Of a stretch of 64,000 nt of DNA, positions 53,740 to 64,000 are shown one piece after another. Position 1 is the stretch's first letter; each line of letters starts with the position of its first letter. The stretch comes from Eledone cirrhosa (lineage: Eukaryota). The stretch lies in the NCBI GenBank assembly GCA_964016885.1, contig OZ024743.1:187612001-187676000 (forward strand), read 5' to 3'. A model generated the notes under the pieces. That model had not been told where the DNA came from. It saw only the letters and a list, made by a program, of their open reading frames with translations, and made no database searches. The position numbers were made by a program, and so were the translations under genes.

Positions 53740-54610
53740 TGCCTATGCATTCCAAAGAGGGTCATGGGAGCAGAGTCCCCAAGCATGCCTTCTAGCAGAT
53801 CCTGAATTGATCAGCCAGAACTCATGGATGGTATCCAACCATCTTACTTTAGGTCTACCCTAGGGTCTCCTATTGGTTGGTTTTGCTTATAAACTCTGTC
53901 TAGCAACTTTTCGCTTAAATATTCTGTTCATGCCTGTAGTATCAGAGCTCTGATCTCTCAATTCAGAGAAGTAGCAACTCTACCTGGTGCAACACCTTGA
54001 TTCCTGAGCTATGCAATCTATGAAGTAACATTACTTCAAAGACCCTTTGAGCGAATCTCATTTTGCCTGCTTGTATTAGCAATCGTATTCTTTTGGTCAT
54101 TACTAAAGATTCATGACTATAGGGAAGGGTAAGCATGAATACCAAGTTGAATATAGCAAATTTGGCTTTTACACATGCCTCCCTCCTTCTGATGACGAAA
54201 TACTGAAGTTGGTTCATTACCGCATCACCTTCTGCAATTCTTCTACTTAATTCAGCTGACTTCTGCAATTCTTCTACTTAATTCAGCTGACTTCCATCAC
54301 TCATGAACACGACCCTGAGAAAATTTAACTTCTCCACCTGCTTCAGTGGAACTCAGCTCACACATAGAGTGCTCTGCACAGGTTTCCTTGAGAGGACCTC
54401 TGTCTCATTTTTCACAGCAATGATTCTCATTCTTGTCATGTAGCACTCAATGGCATAGCTCTCAAGCACATGTCAAAGATCACATTCTGATGAGTTAAGT
54501 AATACCATGTCATCTGAAAATTCCAGCCAACTGATTCCACTACTCTTGGTCTTAATACCATTCAATTCTGGCTGAACATGTCAATCCTGTTCATGAAGAT
54601 TATGAAGAAG
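53740..54610 (-). mobile_element. Degenerate RTE LINE (third subfamily)
   Basis: QVEKL.FL, ELSRRI, LTL.Y.HES.VMT.RIR..IQA..MRF, GRP; contains a 31-bp tandem duplication at ~54229-54294. Confidence 0.78.
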
Positions 54611-55019
54611 ATAACTTGACTTTTTTTTAAATTATCAAATATAATTTATTATATAAATGTATGGATGCAGGTATGGCTGTAGTGTTATGATGTTTGCTTT
54701 GAAATTAAATAGTTCCAGGTGTCATTCTGCTACACAAGTGTATTCAAACATAACTTTAGCTGGATCCAAGATTTCTGAGTGAAAATGGGTATATGAAAAC
54801 GAGGCTGAGCAGATGATCATTGCAATCAACTGTACCGCTCTTGAATGGTGGATTTAATCATAAACATATGCACGCCCACAAACACATACCAATACACACA
54901 CACACACAGATGCATGATCACACACACAAATGCATGATCACATGCACAAACACACTCAGAGACAAATACACACATACAGAAATACACCCACAATTGCACA
55001 ACCTAATACATATGCCCTT

Positions 55020-55562
55020 GTAATGAATTTCCAGCAACTCTTTGGCATTATTTGGTCAAATGGGAAAAACTACCGATCTGCGAGAGAGATATCTTGAAGC
55101 TGATCCTTAAAAAAGTACCAAGATTGCAGATACAATATATTGCAAAAGATCTACCTATTCTAAACAAATTATTTGAGTACATGGAGGTTACAAAAATATT
55201 CAACAATGGAAACTGCTAGCTAACGTTTAGCTTCCCTTGCTTTCCATTTTCCTTTATCCTTTTTATGCTTATGTAGCCACTCATTGGCCTTACCTATCAA
55301 GATTTTTAATTTGATTTCCTTTTTAATTTTTGATTTAATTTTTATATTCACTTGTTTCTGTTTATCTTGGTATGCTTTTTGTTTCTCAACTGTAAAAAGA
55401 ACTAAATACTTCCCCTAGTTAGTCATGGTTTACTAGCTCTATATGGACGTTTTTAAATTGATTAAATAATAATTGTTTCTACATTTGGCACAAGGCCAGC
55501 AATTACCCACTACATTACTGGTACTTTATTTTATCGATCCTGTAAGGATGAAAGGCAAAATT
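55020..55562 (+). mobile_element. I-group-like LINE 3' end followed by a truncated minus-strand SINE A (55467-55562)
   Basis: 3' UTR shared with 31590-31800. The SINE is flanked by an aaattgattaaataataat repeat. Confidence 0.65.
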
Positions 55563-57245
55563 GATTAAATAATAATAATAATAGATATTGAAATTGATAT
55601 TTGGAAATACATATTTGATAACTGAATTTAGCCTGTGGTGTAAATCTTCATTTGTTAAATTAGTAGAATATTTACATATTAAATCAGATACAATTTAATA
55701 CATTAGAAATTTCTAAAAATAATATAAGTGAACTGAAAATCAAAACAAAACAGAACATTAAATAATCAAATATTGATGTATATTGAAATATATTCTAATT
55801 CTTGGCTTTAATTTTTAATTTTGTATTTCTCTTCATGAAGCATGAGATCTTTTGATTATCTCAGCATAAAATCAACATCACAATTCATGTATAAATTGCT
55901 GGTTTCTTGTTTTGGCACATTATTATTTGTCTATGGTGTTGTCTATTGTTATTGCTTCTTTATCTTTAACTCATCCCTGATTAAGCTGTGAGAATTTTAC
56001 CAGTTTTTTATATGTGTATTCAGGTGTGTCTAGTTTAGTATAGGTGTATTGTATTCAGTTGAGACTTCTGGTATCCTTGACTTTAGGGCCACCTCACTTC
56101 TCAGGTAGCCAGAGTTGGCTACCTGTATGTATGAACCTTGTAAGCTGTAATGGCTCTTCCAGCGTGTCTCCCTCACCATCCTCCGGGGAAATGCCTTCTC
56201 TATTCTGTCTGCCAGGGCTGCAGGGTGGTCACGGTGTGGGGCCTCATTTGCTCATAATAGTGAGAGATGGGGAGAGCGGGAGATCAGAGGTCATGACAGT
56301 GGGAGTTTGGTTCCTTTGTGTTCAGACCTGGTGTATATGTATATATTTATTTACCACACCAGTCTATACAGTATGAAACATATATTAGACTGCTTATTAA
56401 AAATTGAGCAACTCCCAATCATTCTATATTAATATTTCACTAAAAGATTTCCCTGGTTGCAACTCATGGGTTGGTGTCAGGTAGGGCATTCAACTTTAAA
56501 ATATTGCCTCAAAAACTCCCATCTAACCCAAATCATGTAAAAGCAATGATAATATTGATAATGATGATCTATGACTATCCATTGCACCCATCCTTGCTTT
56601 TAAATGACAAATTGACAGTGTATATGATTTGAGAGATATTGGTTATTTGAGTGACATTGGTTGTTATTTCTAAAAGGTTATGCAACAATGTAGTAACTTT
56701 CTACTTTGTTAAGCAATGAGTGTATACAGCAGTGGCACACAATAGACTTTGAAAACAAAACACTCCTTGTAATACTACATAATAAAAAAACAAGTTATCA
56801 ATACAAATTTATTGATAACTAAAATACATGGATTCATATAAGTGACACTCCATTAGCAGGATTATTATAAAAGGTGGATAAATCACTTGTTACCTGACAA
56901 CTTCTGAAGTGTGAAATATGGTTATGTTTGGATGTTGATTGCTTGAAACTACAAATTACAAGTCACATGTTTTCCCATTAGTCATCAGTATTTTACAAGC
57001 ATTCTGTCATATATGGAGTAAAATGATGGTTTGACAAACATCAAAGTAACAGACATAATGCAAGGAGAAAGAGTTTAGATGAACCAGTGAGGAAGCCTCA
57101 ACATATTCACTTCCAAATCAATCCATTCTCATTGGAGGAACCCTTCCCTGGTTGACATCTGCTGCTTTTTGTTGGATTTTAGTCATGTCAGGGGTCTAGC
57201 TGTACTCATCACACTTGGCAAATTCTAGGATGCATGCTCACTTAC

Positions 57246-57314
57246 ACTGATAAAGATAGCTACTACATCTCCTTGAAATATCACTCTACTATCATAGATC
57301 CACTCAATCAAGCG
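57246..57314 (-). CDS. Candidate 69-nt internal exon of an unidentified host gene (RLIEWIYDSRVIFQGDVVAIFIS)
   Basis: Strong acceptor (ctgat branch-like, ttttgttgtttcag) and donor (gtaagt); only one open frame; non-repetitive sequence. No homology recognised. Confidence 0.35.
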
Positions 57315-58797
57315 CTGAAACAACAAAATCAGCAAAACTAAGCAAGAGATTAATATAAAAGAGCTGAATTCTTTTGTATTTATTTCTAGTCTATTCTGTA
57401 TTGGATGGTTCAAGTAGTACACTAGATAAAAGAAGTTGCTAGGCTCTCACTCAACGAATTTTCATTTCTAGACAAAGATATACCATGAGTAGTCTCTATA
57501 ACCATTAATGCAGCACAGTATAGCCAGATTTGAAAGAGAAATATTTGACTCCACTACTTGACCAGCACTTTATTTATCAGCCACAGAAACAAAAAAAGCA
57601 AAGTTCACAATGACAAAATTTGAACTCAGAGAGCTAGAACTAACACTGCAAAGCATTCTATCTGATGTTTTACCAATTTTCTGCATGAAGAGTTTAATGG
57701 AACTCAAACTAATGACAGTAGAGTTCCTGATTTTGTATTTCTGATCTGGAAAATTTTCCTCACAGAAAAATTAAATATATATTTTGCATACATATAATAA
57801 ATGGATTAAAGTTAATATAATATACATGAAGCATGAACTATTCAAGATTAGCAGTAGAATAGAAAATGTAAAAAGAATGGGATTTTCAGAATGAGAAAAT
57901 TCTTAAGAAAAGTCATTTCACAATCTCTGAGATAAGGAAATAAGACAAGTGAATAATGACAGCAATACTGATAGATGTAAAAGCAGAGTTATTGAGAGAA
58001 TTCGGGTTTGTAAATGAATATGTGACTTCAATGAGGATCATTTAAATTTTTGATAAATTTAACTACTTGCACATTGAATTAGTGTGAATATTAGGCTAAT
58101 TTGCAGGCAGAATCAATAAGAAAGAGCATGTGACAAGGTTGGAATTAAAAGTATTATCCAACTGCTGGATTTCTGCACATTTTCCGTCTAGCAAATTTCA
58201 CCCACAATAAATAAATAAATAAATTAACCCAAAGCTATGGCCAAAGATACGTCATGATGCCTTGGAGTAGGACTGAGCCCAGAACTTCTTGATTGTGATG
58301 CAGACTTCTGAACCATTCAGCCATGCTGCATCTATAGCTATATGCATCCTAAACAATTAACAAGGTGTAAATGTATTATCAGATTACTTTTGTTTACAGC
58401 AGCAATATTATAATTGGTTTCTGATTTAGGCACAAGGCCAACAATTTATTGGGGAGGGGGAATATCATAATTGCAAATTTATTTCTTTATTTTCTTTTTT
58501 CTAAATACCATCTAATCATTTCAGAAAGGGTTTCCTAGTCATTTCTACGGCTGAGTAAACTGGAGCAACATGAAATAAAGTGTCTTGCTCAAGGACATAA
58601 TGCATCACCCAGTTTGTGAATTGAATTCACAACCTCTAAATTGCGTGTACTCACAAACACACACATATATATGTTAATATATATATATATATTTACATAT
58701 ATATATATATTTACATATATATATATATATATTTACATATATATATATATATATTTACATATATATATATATATATTTACATATATATATATATATT

Positions 58798-58844
<47 letters not shown>

Positions 58845-58980
58845 TAGATAAATCTACCAAAAGTTTACGGTAGTGTCCAATCCGTATGAAGAACTCAATG
58901 TAATCCGGATATCATGGAAAGAAGAGATGCATTCAAAAATCACTTTCGGTGAAAGATAAACAGAATACAGAGTCAAGATA

Positions 58981-59398
58981 AAATATTAAAAAAATAATGA
59001 ATAAAACAATGAAACAGTTCCTTATATTAAACAAAAAAAGTTCATTATTTAACGATCGTTTCTAGGACATATATGTGTTAGAATTGGCATGCATATTCAA
59101 CAGATCTATGTACAAAATTATACAAAATTATACAAACTATCAAATAGAATATAGATAGCAACACATACATATGCCGTCTTCGGAAATAATTATTTCTGAA
59201 GACGGCATATGTATGTGTTGGTATCTATATTCTATTTGATAGTTTGTATAATTTTGTATAATTTTGTACATAGATCTGTTGAATATGCATGCCAATTCTA
59301 ACACATATATGTCCTAGAAACGATCGTTAAATAATGAACTTTTTTTGTTTAATATAAGGAACTGTTTCATTGTTTTATTCATTATTTTTTTAATATTT
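58981..59398. repeat. Spacer-less palindrome with 209-bp arms between two (TA)n-rich tracts
   Basis: Symmetric about 59189/59190; two mismatches noticed. Confidence 0.93.
59189..59335 (+). ncRNA. Type I hammerhead motif with very long domain II and palindromic loop III
   Basis: attattt CTGAAGA c-ggcatatgtatgtgttgg...ctaacacatatatgtcc-ta GAAA cgatcg TT aaataat. The mirror copy has CCGAAGA. Confidence 0.68.
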
Positions 59399-59399
59399 A

Positions 59400-59468
59400 A
59401 TATATATATATATATATTTACATATATATATATATATATATTTACATATATCTATATATATATATATT

Positions 59469-59510
<42 letters not shown>

Positions 59511-59511
59511 C

Positions 59512-59589
<78 letters not shown>

Positions 59590-59653
59590 ATATATATATA
59601 TATATATATTTACATATATATATATACATATATATATACATATATATATTTAC

Positions 59654-59685
<32 letters not shown>

Positions 59686-59727
59686 TTACATATATATATA
59701 CATATATATATACATATATATATTTAC

Positions 59728-59759
<32 letters not shown>

Positions 59760-60057
59760 TTACATATATATATACATATATATATATATATATTTACATA
59801 TATATATACATATATATATATATTTACATATATATATATTTACATATATATATATATATATTTACATATATATTTACATATATATATATTTACATATATA
59901 TATATATATATTTACATATATATTTACATATATATATATTTACATATATATATATATATATACATATATATACATATATATATATATATATACATATATA
60001 TATACATACATATATACATACATATATATATATATATATACATATATATATACATAT

Positions 60058-60090
<33 letters not shown>

Positions 60091-60272
60091 TATATACATA
60101 TATACATATACATATATACATATATACATATATATATATACACATATATATATATACATATACACATATATATATATACATATACATATATACACATATA
60201 TATATATACATATACATATATATATATATATATATATGTAAATATATATATATATATGTATGTATATGTATG

Positions 60273-60321
<49 letters not shown>

Positions 60322-60390
60322 GTATATATATTTATATATATATGTATATAAATATATATATATATCTATATAAATATATATATATATATG
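59400..60390. repeat. ~1-kb interrupted (TA)n microsatellite with recurring TTTACA/TACA variants
   Basis: Seen directly. The same TTTACA variant occurs at 58665-58840. Confidence 0.97.
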
Positions 60391-61167
60391 CAAATGTATA
60401 TGTAAGTGTGAGTGTGTGTGTGCGCACGTATAAGTATGCATGTGTGTGTGATTATCTCTATAGACAATGATTATAACTTTTGAAAAAGTGATTAGATGTG
60501 ATAATAGTAGGGATAAAAAAAAAAAAATAAAGTAGACAAATACAATAAAATATATTTGATATTCTAAAGAGAAAAACATAGCAAGTACTTTTACAAAGTT
60601 TGCTGAAGAATATGAACTCTTACACAATTATATTATCTAAATTGCAAGTAAAGTCTTGGAAACATTAAAAGAAAAATAATACCTTTATTTACTGTTTCAT
60701 TGATTTTGTTTTTCAGTTTTACATCTCCATTTATAAAGCTTAAACAAAGAAATATCTGATTTCCGTCCTCAACAGAAGAAGCTGTTAGTTATGAGAGACT
60801 ATGGAACATAAAGGATTTCAATGATCAAAGAAATATGAAGACTTTTCTGAATATAATTAGAAAATAGATTTCACTGTTTGAACTGAGTTCTATGACAACA
60901 TCGAAACAAAGGCTCTCCAAATATCTATTATCTTTTACTAAGCCAGTTTGTAAACCTCCCTCAAGCAAAAAAATCCAAAATTGAATGCAAAAACAACATC
61001 ACATGTATAGTTACATGCACACACATATACACACATACACATACGCACACATACTCACATACATACATACATACATATATATATGTGTGTGTGTGTTTAT
61101 ATATAGATAGATGTAGATATCTATATCTATCTATTTTTCTCTCTCCCTCTCTCTCTCTCTATATATA

Positions 61168-61492
61168 TGACTCTGAACATTAATCAGTATACACTGAGGA
61201 TGAAAAACTCAGAGCTGCATGGGAGCCTCCCAAAAGTCAGCTCAAAAGTGACACAGAGGAGATTGAGGTTAGCTGGACATGCTCACCGACATCCAGAATT
61301 GACATTGCACTCAATGCTTCTGTGGGAGCCCCTACATGGACACACTGGAAGAGGAAGACCAAGGTTAACGTATGTTGATGCTGTAAGGACAGACACTGGT
61401 CTGTTGGAAATGTAGGACATGGCAGCAATAATGAGGGACAGAGACCACTGGAGAAAACTCGTCCATGGATCTCGGGAATTTTACCCGCCCTA
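61168..61492 (+). mobile_element. RTE-like LINE 3' fragment
   Basis: RRLRLAGH..RHPEL....LLWEP.HG...RGRP.LTYVD. Confidence 0.78.
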
Positions 61493-61527
61493 GATATGCA
61501 TATATATAATATATATATATAATATAA

Positions 61528-61723
61528 TCCCAGTAGAAGGAAGACGCAGTAGAGGTAGACCACGAAAAACATGGGCGGAGTTGGTGAGAGCAGACCTCAG
61601 ATCGCTGAAACTCACCGAGAAGATAACGAAGGACTCTGACAACTGGAGAGATGCTGTGCTGTATAGGACCCGTCCAACCTTGCAAGCAGGGAAAAGCGGA
61701 CGTAAAATGATGATGATGATGAT
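61528..61723 (+). mobile_element. Short 3' end of RTE subfamily 1
   Basis: Near-identical to 8021-8238, including the tail. Confidence 0.88.
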
Positions 61724-61958
61724 TTAATATTTCAATCAAACATTTAACATTTATGCATGACCTTAGGTCAAGTTATGGTCACCACTGTATACTGGAGGAA
61801 CCATTTTAAAACTGACCTTTCATTGAGCGTCCAGTCAAAATTACAAAATAAATCATTAGATAGCCCATTACATTTGGTTTTAATACAGTGGAGAACCCCT
61901 TATCAAGAACAAGGGAGGCAATTACCAAGCTTCAAATTTCTCAGAATAGAAAGGTATG

Positions 61959-62231
61959 TGTTGTATTCCTCTCGGTACTCGCAGAGAAAACACAACGAGT
62001 TATATCAAATTTGTGTAATTTGCTAAACAACCAAAATGCCCTTCCTCGCAGTAGCAGATTAACATAAAGTAAGTAAGTAGCAGTCTGTGACCGAGTTTTT
62101 AATACCAACGCTGACTGACTGCCCAGGTCACGTGATTCATATGCAAATGTGTGAGCACGTGTAAATTGAATAGAAATTTAACAGTCCATACAACAATGAG
62201 GTTGTGAGTTCGATTCCCAGTCCATACAACA
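61959..62231 (-). mobile_element. 3' LTR of the Gypsy element
   Basis: TGTTGTAT...ATACAACA inverted ends. Polypurine tract gtggggagg at 62232-62240 lies immediately upstream on minus. Confidence 0.82.
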
Positions 62232-62265
62232 CCTCCCCACCGAAATTGATGCGACAAAAGAAGCA

Positions 62266-64000
62266 TCAACAGCAAAGTCTCTCTGGGGGTTTACGAGTTC
62301 TCTTGGACCGTCTTCTATTGTCTGGTCCATACTTTGGAACGGGCAACAAGGTCTTGGATCTGGTCTGTCTTGGAGTTAGTGGCACGATTTCCGAGATCTC
62401 CATCGGGTGATCTGTTGCAAATTCAAAAACAGTGTCTACTGCATCACCAGATTCATTGTCTTCCTCAGTAGTGTACCGCGGTTGCAGCTGTTCCCAGTGT
62501 CGTCTCCACACCGGGCCATGAGGTATGACCTTAACGTTGAAGCAGCGAGTACCCAATGACTTCTTAATGATTGCTGGTACCCATCGGGGATCTTTGTCTC
62601 GGCGAGGTCCGTAGTACAGTGCATACACAGGATCTCCAGCCTTGTACTGCCTGGTAACCTTAGCGACACCTGCCGAGTCCGGAGTCATCTGAGACTTATA
62701 TGCTTCCTTAGACTGCTTGCCTTGAGCGATGTGTGCTGGCGAGGGCAGCAGAGAATCAATCCTTGTCTGTATCTGCCGGTGATTCAAAAGTTCACTCGGA
62801 GAGAATTCACTGGATGTCGGTGTTCTCCGGTACTGCATCAAGAACTCTTGAAGTGCTCGCTTCGGCGGAAGAGAAGTCTTCCTCAGAGCTTGTTTGAAGG
62901 TCTGCACCAAACATTCCGCTGCTCCGTTAGTAGCTGGGTGGTAAGGTGCCCCTGTCAGGTGCGTGATCCCACTTCTTTGCACCAGCACTGGAACTCCTCA
63001 GAAATAAAAGTTGGTGCGTTATCGGTGACTAGCGTGTGAGGAAATCCGAAGTGCGCAAAGTCTTCTTCAAGCAGATCTAAAGTGGCTCTGGAGGACGTGG
63101 ATGACGTAGGATGAATGCATGGATACTTGGAATAAGCATCCGTGATCACCAACCAATTACTGCCCATGAAATTTATTGCGTGGTCCAGGTGTAAGTTGCT
63201 CCACGGATTTTCAGGTAACATCCATGGGTGAACTGGAGACTTGGATGGCTGGTTTTGATGTTCACCACATGAATCACATTGTCGACTGGTTTTCTCTATA
63301 GCAGCATCGATACCAGGCCAATAAACAGCAGTTCTTGCCAATTGTTTCATGCGCTCCATGCCAAAGTGTCCGAGATGCAGAAGATTGAGGATCTTTGGCT
63401 GTAAGATATGTGGAATCACAACTCTCGATCCATGGATAAGGCATCCGTGGCAGATACTGAGTGAATCCGATAACTTCCGGAACTTATTGACTTCGTCATT
63501 GATCTCAGTATTCTTTGGTGGCCAGCCTTCACGGACGTAGCGTATCACTGTAGATATCACTGGATCTTTCCCCGACTCTTGACGGAGGACGTTAGCATCG
63601 ATAGGTTGGACTTGAAGACTGAGAGATTTGATGGCGCACAACATGTCCATGTCTTCACCATTTTCCTTCCTGTCAAAGTCGATGTCATTACCAAATGGCA
63701 AGCGACTGAGGGCATCTGCATTGCCATGATCCGCTGTTTTCCGATATTCGATGGTGTAGTCAAACTGGTTCAGCCACAGGGCCCACCATGCTCGTCGGTT
63801 AGCATCGAGAAGTGGCGACCCTTTCCTCGGACTGAACAGTGATGTCAGTGGCTTGTGGTCAGTTACGAGTATAAACTGATGTCCGTACAGATATTGATAG
63901 AACTTCTGCAAGCCAAATATGATGGCCAGGGCTTCCTTTTGAATTTGGCCGTAGTTACGCTGTGCAGAAGTAAGAGTCATGGACACATTGGATATTGGGC
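62266..64000 (-). pseudogene. Ty3/Gypsy pol 3' part: RNase H and integrase, with one frameshift near 62970; continues beyond the window
   Basis: RNY.QI.KEALAI, LVTDHKPL, NADALSRLP, H.GH.G...C..C zinc finger, HLD...DAYSKYP...VTDN, YHPATNGAAE..VQTFK. Confidence 0.95.

Noticed and set aside
54189-54202. CTGATGA-C-GAAA hammerhead-like string
   Set aside because: No stem II or stem I, and it lies inside an RTE coding remnant.
56955-56995. Minus-strand CTGATGA..GAAAACATGT motif
   Set aside because: Stem I does not pair and there is no UH in register; at best a decayed relic.

Overview
AT-rich, repeat-saturated animal genomic DNA. It is most likely a cephalopod (octopus-like), inferred from the SINE/RTE families and the (TA)n/(GAT)n landscape. 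I recognise no intact host gene, only a few weak candidate exons. Almost all ORF-track entries are microsatellite artefacts or transposon remnants. Supported content: a Helitron carrying a broken Pif1-like helicase plus non-autonomous Helitrons; RTE-clade LINE fragments; two tRNA-derived SINE families; CRE-like (restriction-like endonuclease) and I-group LINE ends; hAT, Tigger and mariner elements; and the 3' part of a Gypsy element (RNase H, integrase, PPT, LTR). The most striking unexplained signal is a dense set of type I hammerhead-ribozyme motifs (CUGANGA...GAAA...UH with paired stems): five well-formed, one weaker, and several decayed or partial. They sit in short non-coding Penelope-like/retrozyme-like units that often form fold-back palindromes or partial direct repeats, and three share an unusual U.U closure of stem II. 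All folding and alignment was done by eye, so coordinates of degenerate elements are approximate.
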